Shown: in pieces, positions 8,707 to 17,705 of the stretch
How positions within the stretch are numbered: the first letter of the stretch is position 1
Layout of the letters: every line of letters begins with the position of its first letter
DNA from: an uncultured Fimbriimonadaceae bacterium
GTDB lineage: Bacteria; Armatimonadota; Fimbriimonadia; Fimbriimonadales; Fimbriimonadaceae
Assembly (NCBI GenBank): GCA_964451255.1
Contig: CAYVHL010000001.1
Location: forward strand, 1,161,252 to 1,225,251
Length of the DNA: 64,000 bases
Reading direction: 5' to 3'
Translations under genes and position numbers: made by a program
The notes under the pieces: generated by a model
Database searches by the model: none
Told to the model about the DNA's origin: nothing
What the model saw: the letters and a program-made list of their open reading frames with translations, nothing else

Positions 8707-9541
8707 CTTCCTCGTCCTGTGGGCCCTCGTCGGGCTCGCCGGTATTGGAGCGGAAGTCGCGCGGCGACACCATGCGCCGCGCCTGACCTTCCTGCAAGTG
8801 GGTCAGGGCGACTGCACGGTCTATCAGGGCGACGGATATGTCATGGTCGTCGACGCGGCCGGGAAGACCGACCACTTTGACGCGGGCGAGCGCTTGGCTG
8901 TGCCCGCAATGCGGCGGCTGGCCGTAGACAGGATCGACCTGCTTGTCTTGACGCACCCGGACTCCGACCATGTTGGCGGTCTCGCCGCCTTGTCTTCCCA
9001 CTTTCGGATAGGCGCAGTGGCCGTCCCGTGGCACTTTCAAGGCAACCTCGAGATGCTCTCCACCTTACGTGCCGCCGGGATCGAGCCTGGGCGGGTCCAT
9101 TGGATTCGGGATGAGCAGACCCTTCACCTTGGTCGTGCGGAAGTGCTCCTCTGGACGGCTCCTGCCAGACTGGCCGCAGCGGACAATGACGGCTCCATGC
9201 TGACGAAGATCACGCTTGAGAAGGGCACTGCGGTACTGACCGGGGACGCAAGCTCGGAGGTTGAGGACTGGTTGGCCGACCGACCAGGCTGGGACGCCCA
9301 GGTGCTCAAGGCCGGACACCACGGAAGCAAAACATCAACTTCGACCAAATGGTTGACATCCGTACGGCCGAACTGGGTGGTCTTCAGTTGTGGAGTCGAC
9401 AACATGTACGGCCACCCCTCGCAGGAAGCGCTAGAACGAACTCAAAAAGAGGCGCAAATCTGGCGAACCGATCGGCAGGGCGAGATGACCTTCACCCTGA
9501 GCCCATCAGGATTCGTTCCGGTCAGCCACCGAACTCCTTGA
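8660..9541 (+). CDS. comEC: ComEC C-terminal metallo-beta-lactamase-fold domain, encoded in a different frame from the N-terminal part
   Basis: ORF 8582..9541. MBL motifs LTFLQVGQGDC and LTHPDSDHVGG, with HHGS near the end. First in-frame ATG is at 8660. The start is uncertain because this may be the continuation of a frameshifted single gene. Confidence 0.7.
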   Translation: MVWRLPFGDPGSVRRDFLVLWALVGLAGIGAEVARRHHAPRLTFLQVGQGDCTVYQGDGYVMVVDAAGKTDHFDAGERLAVPAMRRLAVDRIDLLVLTHPDSDHVGGLAALSSHFRIGAVAVPWHFQGNLEMLSTLRAAGIEPGRVHWIRDEQTLHLGRAEVLLWTAPARLAAADNDGSMLTKITLEKGTAVLTGDASSEVEDWLADRPGWDAQVLKAGHHGSKTSTSTKWLTSVRPNWVVFSCGVDNMYGHPSQEALERTQKEAQIWRTDRQGEMTFTLSPSGFVPVSHRTP

Positions 9542-12134
9542 TCTGCCTACTGGTTGACTCCAGTTTCCCTCGCACGTCCGCGATATTCTCCCGCAACCGG
9601 GCGACGACCTCAGGCTTCGCGCGTTCGACAAACTGTGGGTTTGCCAGTTGCCGCTCCAGTTTCTCCAGTTCGGCCCGGTGCTTCTCAAGATCCTTGTTGA
9701 GGCGAATGATCTCCTTGTCTTTGTCGATGAGCCCCTGGGTGGGAAGAAAGAACTCCAAGCCTGACGCGGTTGTCGAAAGGTGCTCTTCTTCGGGTTTGCC
9801 CCGTCGCAGTTCGGCGAACCACGCCTGGGTTCTCACGATTTCTTCGCCCTCCCCGAGGTCTCCGGTGAAATAGGCCACTGGCAGTTGCTTGATCGGCGAG
9901 GCGCCGCACTCAGCCCTTAGCGCACGAAGTGCCCTAGTCGCTTCGAACCAGCCGTCGACCTCAGCCTCTAGCTCCGGAGCTAACCATTTAGATAATGTCT
10001 CTGGCCAGGTTTCACACATGACAAAGGGCTTCTTATGCATGAAGGGAAGCTGAGAATAGACCTCCTCGGTCAGGTGTGGCATCACGGGATGTAACATGAC
10101 CAAGAAGGCCCGCAAGCACGTCATGAGCACCCACTGGGGAGCCTGCTTGTGTTCAGGGTCTTGAAGCCGTGACTTGCAGATTTCGATGTACCAGTCACAC
10201 AGCTCCGACCAGAAGAACGTGTAGAGGGCATGCACGGCCGTCTGCACGTCGTAGCCCTCGAACGCGTCCGTGACCACCTGGTGGCAGGCGGCAAGCCGAC
10301 TGAGGATCCATTTGTCGATAGACTCCAGCGACGCAGGTTCATTGCCGTCGTATCCGTCTAGGTTCATGGACACAAACCGGCTGGCGTTCCACACCTTTGT
10401 GGCGAAGTTCCGGGCGTCGTCGATCTTGCGGGGGCCGTAACGAAGGTCTTGGTTGAACCCGGTCTGGCTGAAGAGGGCGAACCTCAAGGCGTCGGCACCC
10501 TTCGTCTCGATGATCTCTACTGGGTCGACGCCGGTTCCAAGGCTCTTGCTCATGCGTTTGCCTTGTTCGGTCAACACGGTGGCGTAGATGTATACATGCT
10601 TGAAGGGCTTTTGACCGGTGAGGTCGATTCCCATCATGATCATCCGCGCTACCCAGAGGTACAGGATTTCCCGGCTCGTGACTAGGACGTCGGTGGGATA
10701 GTAGGTCTTGAGGTCGTCCGTTTGTTCCGGCCAGCCCATCGTCGCGAAGGGCCAAAGGCCGCTGCTGAACCAGGTGTCGAGCACGTCGTCGTCTTGCCGG
10801 ACGATCTTGTCGCCCCCCGCCTTTTCTTGAGCCTCATCCCAACTGAGCGCGGCGTAGGCAGTGCCGTCCTCGGTGTAGTACACGGGGATCCGGTGACCCC
10901 AAATGAGTTGGCGGCTGACGTTCCAGTCACGGATGTTACGCATCCATTCAAGGAAGACGTCCTTGTACCGGCCGGGAAAGAACTCGATCTCGTCTGATTC
11001 GGCGGCGGCGATCGTCGGCTCTGCCAGGGTCGTCTGTGAGGCGAACCACTGCTCGCTTGCCAGGGGCTCGATGATGTCCTTGCTTCGGTCGCTGATCAGG
11101 ATTGCGATCTCGTGGTCCTCGACCTTGTCCAGAGCTCCCTCGCGCACCAGTGCCTCGATCATCTTCTCTCGAGCTGCCTTGCGGTCTAAGCCCTGGAACT
11201 CGTCCCCGCCTAGTTCGGTGACGCGGCAATCCTGGTCGAGCATCAGTAAGACGGGCAGATTGTGGCGCGCGCCGACCTCGAAATCGAAGGGATCATGCCC
11301 TGGGGTGATCTTGACCGCCCCGGTGCCAAATTCGGGGTCGGGATAGATGTCTTCGATCAAGGGCACCTCGCGTCCCACGACCGGAACTACGAGAGTCTTG
11401 CCTACGAGTCCCTTGTAGCGGGCGTCGGTGGGGTGCACGGCCACGGCGACGTCCGCCAAGATCGTCTCAGGCCGGGTGGTGGCCACGGTGATGTGTCCGG
11501 AGCCGTCCTTGAACTTATAGTTCACGTGGTAAAGCTTGCCTTGGATCGTCTGGCGCTCGGTCTCGATGTCGCTCACACTAGTCTTGAGCACAGGATCCCA
11601 ATTGACGACGCGCAGACCGCGCTTGATCAGGCCTCGATCGAACCAATCGACGAAGGTGGTGAGTACCGCTTTCGAATAGCCCTCGTCAAGGGTGAACCGA
11701 AGCCGTGTCCAGTCGAATGCGCAACCCAGCATCCGCAACTGCTTCAGGATCGTGTCGCCGCTCTCCTTGCGCCATTCCCAAGCCTTCTCAATGAATTCGT
11801 CCCGACTGAGCGAGGAGGGGTCGATTCCTTGCTTCTGCAGACTCTTTCGGACGACAGCCTGGGTGGCGATGCCAGCGTGGTCTTGGCCGGGCAGGACAAG
11901 CACGTTAAATCCGCGCAGACGCTTGTAGCGGCCAAGCAGGTCTTGGATCCCGTAACAGAGGGCATGGCCCATGTGCAACGACCCGGTCACGTTGGGGGGA
12001 GGGATCGTGATTGTGAACAGCGGCCGTGTCGTGTCGGCGGGGGGTTGGAACAGGCCCGCCTGCTCCCAGGCGCTGTACCATCTCGGCTCAGTCGATGGGG
12101 CGGAGTAACCCGCCGAAGGGGATGTGTCGCTCAT
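9522..12134 (-). CDS. valS: valine--tRNA ligase
   Basis: 870 aa. Class I HIGH motif (PNVTGSLHMGH), KMSKS-type motif (RMSKS) and C-terminal coiled coil. Its 3' end overlaps the convergent comEC end by 20 nt. Confidence 0.97.
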   Translation of the reverse strand: MSDTSPSAGYSAPSTEPRWYSAWEQAGLFQPPADTTRPLFTITIPPPNVTGSLHMGHALCYGIQDLLGRYKRLRGFNVLVLPGQDHAGIATQAVVRKSLQKQGIDPSSLSRDEFIEKAWEWRKESGDTILKQLRMLGCAFDWTRLRFTLDEGYSKAVLTTFVDWFDRGLIKRGLRVVNWDPVLKTSVSDIETERQTIQGKLYHVNYKFKDGSGHITVATTRPETILADVAVAVHPTDARYKGLVGKTLVVPVVGREVPLIEDIYPDPEFGTGAVKITPGHDPFDFEVGARHNLPVLLMLDQDCRVTELGGDEFQGLDRKAAREKMIEALVREGALDKVEDHEIAILISDRSKDIIEPLASEQWFASQTTLAEPTIAAAESDEIEFFPGRYKDVFLEWMRNIRDWNVSRQLIWGHRIPVYYTEDGTAYAALSWDEAQEKAGGDKIVRQDDDVLDTWFSSGLWPFATMGWPEQTDDLKTYYPTDVLVTSREILYLWVARMIMMGIDLTGQKPFKHVYIYATVLTEQGKRMSKSLGTGVDPVEIIETKGADALRFALFSQTGFNQDLRYGPRKIDDARNFATKVWNASRFVSMNLDGYDGNEPASLESIDKWILSRLAACHQVVTDAFEGYDVQTAVHALYTFFWSELCDWYIEICKSRLQDPEHKQAPQWVLMTCLRAFLVMLHPVMPHLTEEVYSQLPFMHKKPFVMCETWPETLSKWLAPELEAEVDGWFEATRALRALRAECGASPIKQLPVAYFTGDLGEGEEIVRTQAWFAELRRGKPEEEHLSTTASGLEFFLPTQGLIDKDKEIIRLNKDLEKHRAELEKLERQLANPQFVERAKPEVVARLRENIADVRGKLESTSRQIKEFGG

Positions 12135-12198
12135 ATTCGGTTACCTTCGTGTCGCGAAGACTCTTAGAGTGTACAACCGAGGCGTCAGCAATGCGGGG

Positions 12199-12218
12199 AC
12201 TGTTTCACGTGAAACAGT
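12199..12218. repeat. 20-bp perfect palindrome ACTGTTTCACGTGAAACAGT (function unknown)
   Basis: Read directly from the sequence. It sits 3 nt downstream of the cdsA stop and 65 nt upstream of the valS start. No U-tract follows it on the minus strand. Confidence 0.8.
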
Positions 12219-12221
12219 TGC

Positions 12222-13052
12222 TCAGAGGCGGCTTCGAAGGAGATACAGCATGGCGAAGAGGACGGGCATGGCGATGAGGAACGCGTCCATCCGGTCCAGC
12301 ACGCCGCCGTGACCGGGAAGGAGGCCCCCGCTGTCCTTACGCCCGACCGCGCGCTTAAGGGCGCTTTGGAGCAGGTCTCCGATTTGGCCTGTAATGCCGC
12401 CGACAGCCCCGACTAGCGCCCCGATCCACCATGGTGGCCCAATGAAGAAGCTGAGGACGACGCCCGTGATAGTGGCGAACGTGAAGTGGGCGGCGGCGCC
12501 TTCCCAGGTCTTGTTCGGCGAGACGGACGGCGCCATCAGGTGTTTGCCGAACCGCTTGCCAAACACAAGCGCCGCCGTGTCGCCGATCCAGAGCGGGCCG
12601 GCGGCAAGGAGGACAAGATTGGGTGCGAAAGCATGCCCTGGCGACATGCCGGCCGACACCTGTTGTAGTGTGATCCCGGCGTAGAGCGGCGCCACAACCC
12701 AGAAGACGCTTAGGTAGTCGGTACCAGAAGCCCGCCCCTTTGCGAAGCGTCGCAAGAGGGAGGCGACACCGACCGCCAAGCCGAGCAGACAGGCGGCCCA
12801 CGGCTTGGTCTGCCCGGAGACCAGAACCAAGGCAAGGCCCGCCAGTACGGCGGCTCCCATGAGAACCCACTTGGGAGTGATCTCCATCAGGTCGGCCAGT
12901 TCCCACACGCAGCAATAGAGCAACAGGCCGCCAAGCGCCAGCGACGGATAGGGCGACGTCGCGTGGACGGCGAGCAACGTCAGCGCCAATAGGACGGCTG
13001 CGGTCGCGAGGCGTATTCTCAAAGGCTTAACAATGAGACGGCCCGGCGGCAC
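12222..13052 (-). CDS. cdsA: phosphatidate cytidylyltransferase
   Basis: 276 aa polytopic membrane protein with a GTG start. C-terminal signature GDLLQSALKRAVGRKDSGGLLPGHGGVLDRMD. Confidence 0.9.
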   Translation of the reverse strand: MPPGRLIVKPLRIRLATAAVLLALTLLAVHATSPYPSLALGGLLLYCCVWELADLMEITPKWVLMGAAVLAGLALVLVSGQTKPWAACLLGLAVGVASLLRRFAKGRASGTDYLSVFWVVAPLYAGITLQQVSAGMSPGHAFAPNLVLLAAGPLWIGDTAALVFGKRFGKHLMAPSVSPNKTWEGAAAHFTFATITGVVLSFFIGPPWWIGALVGAVGGITGQIGDLLQSALKRAVGRKDSGGLLPGHGGVLDRMDAFLIAMPVLFAMLYLLRSRL

Positions 13053-13087
13053 ATACGTCGCCGGGCCGAGAAGTCATGGACGGCGGG

Positions 13088-14110
13088 TTACGGGTTGACC
13101 GTGACCTTGATCGTGGTCGAGTATGGTTTCTTGAGGCCGAAGGCGTCTTCAATGGTCAGCTTCACGACGTACTCGCCTGGCTTGCGGAAGCGCCGCGTCA
13201 CGGTCTGGCCCTCGGCGTCGACGCCGTCGTTGTGCGCGGCGTCGAAGTTCCAAAGGTATCGCAGGGCAGTCGCGCCGCCGAATCCGTTACCAACGAAGGT
13301 GTATTCGTCACCGAACGCGAGGTTCAAGTCGGCCCTCGTGTTCATCTCGCCGTAGATCGGGGTCGGGTCGTTGACGATTTTGAGTTGCCCGACGTAGAAC
13401 GTGCTGACGCTGTCCCCTGAGAGCGCGATCGACACGACCTGCATGTTTGTCTTCTCAAACCCAGTGATTGCCTGCAGGGGGATTCCCGCTGGTGCCCAAC
13501 CGTTCTTGTCGGGGAACGTCGAAGAAAGGTCGATGTAGGCCTCAGACATTTTGCCGTCGCTTGTCCCTACGACGACGCGGACTGTGGTGAGCGTGGGGGT
13601 TTCGGTTCTCGTGGCGGCTGGCCCGCCTTTTTGACCGCCCGGCAGTCCAGGAGCCCCACCTGGAAACCCGCCTGCGCCGGGGAAGCCGCCCGCTCCAGGC
13701 CGCCCGCCGCCCGTGTTGCCCGGCCTGCCGCCGGGACGGCCAAGGTTGCCGGGAGGTCCGCCCGGAACGCCGCCCGCACCGGGTTTGCCCCCCATGGTCC
13801 GGTTCGCGGTCGGCACCTGGATCATCAGTTCCAACAAGTTGTCACGGTTTTTCGTCGCGGCAGCCAAATCAACGGCCTTGTCAAACTTGATAATGCCGCC
13901 TTGGAAGAAGTTGCGAGAGGAGACCCTGATGGATGTCGTGCCTTCGAAAGCCAGCTCGTCTGCTTCCTTGATCGTCCCGCTTCCCCAAGAGGAGAGCTCG
14001 ATTCCCTGGGCCTTAGCAGTCCGCGTCGGCGTATAAATCTCCTGTGACAGACCGATGACCGCCGCTAAGGAGAATGCGGCGATTGTCGTGGTTTTGATCC
14101 AAATAGTCAT
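13088..14110 (-). CDS. secreted protein with Gly/Pro-rich low-complexity insert and C-terminal PKD domain
   Basis: ORF 13088..14212 trimmed to the ATG at 14110 (MTIWIKTTTIAAFSLAAVIGLSQE signal peptide, GAGG 8 nt upstream). C-terminal PKD-like segment YLWNFDAAHNDGVDAEGQTVTRRFRKPGEYVVKLTIEDAFG. Confidence 0.75.
   Translation of the reverse strand: MTIWIKTTTIAAFSLAAVIGLSQEIYTPTRTAKAQGIELSSWGSGTIKEADELAFEGTTSIRVSSRNFFQGGIIKFDKAVDLAAATKNRDNLLELMIQVPTANRTMGGKPGAGGVPGGPPGNLGRPGGRPGNTGGGRPGAGGFPGAGGFPGGAPGLPGGQKGGPAATRTETPTLTTVRVVVGTSDGKMSEAYIDLSSTFPDKNGWAPAGIPLQAITGFEKTNMQVVSIALSGDSVSTFYVGQLKIVNDPTPIYGEMNTRADLNLAFGDEYTFVGNGFGGATALRYLWNFDAAHNDGVDAEGQTVTRRFRKPGEYVVKLTIEDAFGLKKPYSTTIKVTVNP
13616..13792 (-). 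repeat. low-complexity Gly/Pro-rich coding tract (about 59 codons)
   Basis: Translates to GGKPGAGGVPGGPPGNLGRPGGRPGNTGGGRPGAGGFPGAGGFPGGAPGLPGGQKGGPA inside the PKD-domain protein. Confidence 0.7.
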
Positions 14111-14141
14111 TCTCAAGCCTCGATTGTTGCTAAGCCCTGAT

Positions 14142-14915
14142 CTACAGACGCCGCAGTCGGGTGACCGATACAGCACGCCCTGTCTCATATAAGACGTCCA
14201 CAACCACCCCACAGATTACACCAGGTTCGTTCGCCACCTCGAACCGAGCTGGCAATCCCGTGACGAACTTGTGGACGACGATGCTTTTGTCGACGCCGAT
14301 CACACTGGGAACCGGGCCGCACATCCCGGTGTCCGTGATGTAGGCGGTGCCCCCTTCTAGCACGGTCTCGTCCGAAGTCTGCACGTGAGTGTGGGTGCCG
14401 ACGACGACCGACACGCGTCCGTCCACATAGTATCCGAACGCGATTTTCTCACTGGTCGCCTCTGCATGGAAATCGACAAGGATGTGTTTTGTGCCAGCCT
14501 TGGCCAACAGGTCGTCGATGGCCGCGAACGGATCGCTGTAGCCGTCCATGAAGACCCTGCCGCATAGGTTGATGACCGCCAGGTCGAGGCTTCCTTTCTG
14601 GACGTGGCACACGCCCCGTCCCGGAACGCCCTTGGCCATGTTGGCAGGGCGTACGATCGGCTTTCCTTTGTCGAGGTAGTCGTAGATCTCACGCTTGTTG
14701 AAGGCATGGTTTCCCAGCGTGATGGCGTCTACCCCGGATCGGAACAGCTCGTCCGCGATGTCCGGCGTGATACCGGCTCCCGCGGCAGAGTTCTCGCCGT
14801 TGACGACGATGAACTCTGGATTGAATTCGTTCCGCAAGGTCGGCAACCCATCGACCACCGCCTTGCGGCCCGGTTTGCCGACGATGTCGCCAAGGAAAAG
14901 GACGCGGTATGTCAC
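14142..14915 (-). CDS. ymdB: YmdB-family metallophosphoesterase (TIGR00282-type 2',3'-cyclic-nucleotide phosphodiesterase)
   Basis: 257 aa. N-terminus MTYRVLFLGDIVGKPGR...VVNGENSAAGAGIT, typical of YmdB. Its start overlaps the rny stop (ATGA). Confidence 0.9.
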   Translation of the reverse strand: MTYRVLFLGDIVGKPGRKAVVDGLPTLRNEFNPEFIVVNGENSAAGAGITPDIADELFRSGVDAITLGNHAFNKREIYDYLDKGKPIVRPANMAKGVPGRGVCHVQKGSLDLAVINLCGRVFMDGYSDPFAAIDDLLAKAGTKHILVDFHAEATSEKIAFGYYVDGRVSVVVGTHTHVQTSDETVLEGGTAYITDTGMCGPVPSVIGVDKSIVVHKFVTGLPARFEVANEPGVICGVVVDVLYETGRAVSVTRLRRL

Positions 14916-15967
14916 GGACTGACCACCTCGGTGACGCGGAACTCCCGGATGACCGTGACGCGCACAGGGCCAGGGTACTCCAGTCCAGCCTTGATCCGGC
15001 GTCCGACTTGGACCGCGATTCGCTTTGCCCCTTCGTCATCGACTTCTTCCGCACGGACGTACACGCGGATCTCGCGTCCCGCCTGTACAGCGTAGGCCTT
15101 GTCGACCCCCTTGAGGCTGCTGGCGAGGGACTCCAGCGCCTCGAGCCGGGCGACATGGCTTTCCAGCTTCTCACGCCTGGCGCCGGGTCGCGACGCGCTC
15201 AGGGCGTCTGCGCAGGCGACGACCACGGCTTCGGGCCTCGAGCAAGGGATCTCGTCGTGGTGGGCGCCGACAGCGTCCAGTACCGCGTCAGGCTCACCAT
15301 GAAGCCGTAGGAACTCCATTCCAGCCAGGGCGTGCGGCCCTGGCCATTCTTGGCCCAGTGCTTTGCCGATGTCGTGGAGCAGCCCGGCGCGGCGGCAGAC
15401 GGCCTCGTCGGCGCCGAGCTCGCCCGCAAGGACCGAGGCGATACCTGCCACTTCGACGCTGTGCTCCAAAACGTTCTGGGTGTAACTAGTCCGAAATCGA
15501 AGTTGGCCGAGGACCTTGGCCACCGCTGACGGCAACGAGCCCGCCCTGGCCCGTGAAGCCGCGTCGTGCCCGGCGTCGACCAGCCCGCCCTCGATTTCTG
15601 CGAGGGTCGCTTCATGGAGCTCTTCGATACGGCCAGGGTGGATCCGTCCGTCCAGAATCAGGCTGACCAATGTCATTCGAGCCGCCTCGCGCCTAAGCGG
15701 ATCGAAGCAAGACACAGTCACGGACTCGGGGCTGTCGTCGATGACCAGGTCGGTGCCGGTCACCGATTCGAAAGCCCGGATGTTGCGCCCTTCGCGCCCG
15801 ATCAGCCTCCCCTTCATCTCCTCGCTGGGCAAAGGGACGACGACCGCGGCGGCCTCAGTGGCGGCGGTCGCTGCGACGCGCCGGACGACCCCGATCAGCA
15901 ACCGTTTGGCGGCAAGCTCGGCTTCGGTCGGAGTCAGTCCGCTTGAACTTTCGTCGGCTCCCATCAC
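14912..15967 (-). CDS. rny: ribonuclease Y homologue with KH + HD domains only (no N-terminal membrane anchor or coiled coil)
   Basis: 351 aa. KH domain GRLIGREGRNIRAFESVTGTDLVIDD and HD domain (HSVEVAGIA...LLHDIGKA). Start codon GTG 15967 or ATG 15964, overlapping the recX stop. Confidence 0.85.
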   Translation of the reverse strand: MMGADESSSGLTPTEAELAAKRLLIGVVRRVAATAATEAAAVVVPLPSEEMKGRLIGREGRNIRAFESVTGTDLVIDDSPESVTVSCFDPLRREAARMTLVSLILDGRIHPGRIEELHEATLAEIEGGLVDAGHDAASRARAGSLPSAVAKVLGQLRFRTSYTQNVLEHSVEVAGIASVLAGELGADEAVCRRAGLLHDIGKALGQEWPGPHALAGMEFLRLHGEPDAVLDAVGAHHDEIPCSRPEAVVVACADALSASRPGARREKLESHVARLEALESLASSLKGVDKAYAVQAGREIRVYVRAEEVDDEGAKRIAVQVGRRIKAGLEYPGPVRVTVIREFRVTEVVSP

Positions 15968-16407
15968 AGGTCGGGGAAGACCCGGGCCAAGACGTCCCGG
16001 ACCGTCTCTTCGTCAAATCCCCGCGCGACAAGGTACCTGGCCGTCTTGGCCGGGCTTGCGTCACTGCCTAGCCGGGCCGCCAAGGCTAGCGCGCGTGCGA
16101 CCTCGCCCTCTTGCGCCATCTCGGCCACCGATCTATCGACAAGGGCCTCGTCCAATCCGCGCCGGAGCAACCGGGCACGCACCTTCTCTTTGCTCTCGCG
16201 TCCTCGACCGAGTGCGCGTTCGACCTCGTTGAGGGCGACTCGGACGTCTGACACGTATCCCAGTTCCAGCATCCTGGCGACCACCCTGTCGGCGTCCTCC
16301 TCGCCGACTCCTTTCGTCGCGAGCTTGCTCTTGAGCTCCGCGGCCGTCCGTTCGGACTGGGCGACGATGGCGAACGCCAAGTCGAAGGCTTCGTCGGGCG
16401 GTCTCAC
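15964..16407 (-). CDS. recX: recombination regulator RecX
   Basis: 147 aa helical-repeat protein immediately downstream of recA, with 4-nt overlaps on both sides. Confidence 0.85.
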   Translation of the reverse strand: MRPPDEAFDLAFAIVAQSERTAAELKSKLATKGVGEEDADRVVARMLELGYVSDVRVALNEVERALGRGRESKEKVRARLLRRGLDEALVDRSVAEMAQEGEVARALALAARLGSDASPAKTARYLVARGFDEETVRDVLARVFPDL

Positions 16408-17459
16408 ACGGTCAAAGCGTCGATCACGACGGCGGTGCCAGACCCGACTGCGCCCTTGACGCCGAGTTTCTGGCGAACGAGCCCGGCGACCTCTTCTAGG
16501 ATCTCAGGGTGTTCCTCAAGATATTGCCGGGCGTTGTCCCGGCCCTGGCCCAGACGGGTCTCGCCATAGTTGTAGTAGGTCCCCGCCTTGCCGACAAGGT
16601 TATGTTCGACCGCCAGGTCCAGCACGTCGCCTGCGCGGTTGATGCCTTCGCCGAAGATCATGTCGAATTCGGCGTTCTTGAACGGTGGTGCGACCTTGTT
16701 TTTCACGATCTTCACCTTCGTCCGGGCACCGTATGCGTCCGGGCCGTTCTTCAGCAATTCTCCGCGCCGGACCTCAAGCCGGGTGCTCGCCCAGAACTTG
16801 AGGGCGCGGCCGCCTGGGGTCGTCTCGGGGTTGCCGAACATGACGCCGATCTTTTCGCGAATCTGGTTTATGAAGATGACCGCAGTGCGCGTCTTGTTGA
16901 TCGTCCCGCCCAATTTGCGCAGAGCCTGCGACATCATCCTCGCCTGCAGGCCTACATGGGTGTCCCCCATCTCGCCTTCGATCTCGGCCTTCGGCACGAG
17001 CGCGGCGACCGAATCGAGCACGACGATGTCCATGGCGCCCGAGCGGACCATCGAATCCATGATCTCAAGGGCCTCTTCTCCGGTGGTCGGCTGGGCTACG
17101 TAAAGCTTGTCGACGTCGACTCCCAGCCTCTTGGCATATTCGATGTCCAGAGCGTGCTCCGCATCGACAAACAGGGCCATTCCGCCCGCTTTCTGGGCCT
17201 GGGCGATGACGTGGAGGGCGATGGTCGTCTTGCCGCTGGACTCCGAACCGTAGATTTCAGTTATCCGGCTACGGGGCACGCCGCCGACGCCGAGCGCGGC
17301 GTCGAGGGAGAGAGAACCCGTCGATATGGCCTCCACAGACTCGGTCTCGCCGCCTCCCAGGCGCATGACGGATCCCTTGCCAAATGACTTTTCAATCTGT
17401 TGCAGCGCTATGTCGAGGGCCCTCGCCCGGTCGGCCGCCCCGTTCTTCTCGTTTGCCAT
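16404..17459 (-). CDS. recA: recombinase RecA
   Basis: 351 aa. Walker [10 protein letters not shown] and a canonical RecA core ([22 protein letters not shown]...). Confidence 0.98.
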   Translation of the reverse strand: MANEKNGAADRARALDIALQQIEKSFGKGSVMRLGGGETESVEAISTGSLSLDAALGVGGVPRSRITEIYGSESSGKTTIALHVIAQAQKAGGMALFVDAEHALDIEYAKRLGVDVDKLYVAQPTTGEEALEIMDSMVRSGAMDIVVLDSVAALVPKAEIEGEMGDTHVGLQARMMSQALRKLGGTINKTRTAVIFINQIREKIGVMFGNPETTPGGRALKFWASTRLEVRRGELLKNGPDAYGARTKVKIVKNKVAPPFKNAEFDMIFGEGINRAGDVLDLAVEHNLVGKAGTYYNYGETRLGQGRDNARQYLEEHPEILEEVAGLVRQKLGVKGAVGSGTAVVIDALTV

Positions 17460-17506
17460 GGTCGTGTTCGTCCTTCCCCCGCACCAGAATCGCGGTATGA
17501 GACATC

Positions 17507-17535
17507 AGTATACTAGTTTTGTTGACAAGAGGCAA
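17507..17535 (-). promoter_or_regulatory. candidate sigma-70-type promoter for recA
   Basis: On the minus strand: TTGCCT (17535-17530), a 17-nt spacer, then TATACT (17512-17507). GGGGGAAGGA lies upstream of the ATG. The -10 element sits inside an 8-bp palindrome, AGTATACT. Confidence 0.3.
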
Positions 17536-17705
17536 CGGTCACCTCGCAGGTCAACCTCGTAAAAATACTGGGTTTAGGGATAGGGCTGGTCGTCGGGACG
17601 CCTAGAGATTTCGGTAAAATCACCTTTACTGTCATGGGTGCCTCTCAGGATTGAGAGCGTGTCCAAGGGAAAGCTTGGCGCGAAGGCACGCAGAAAGGAA
17701 TCAGG

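Noticed and set aside
14111-14212. N-terminal extension of the PKD-protein ORF back to 14212
   Set aside because: The extension overlaps the 3' end of ymdB and encodes no signal peptide. The internal ATG at 14110 gives a classical signal peptide and has an upstream GAGG.
17460-17705. LexA/SOS box upstream of recA
   Set aside because: I found only an 8-bp palindrome, AGTATACT (17507-17514), overlapping the putative -10. It does not match the CTGT-N8-ACAG, GAAC-N4-GTTC or other SOS-box consensus sequences I know, so I make no claim.
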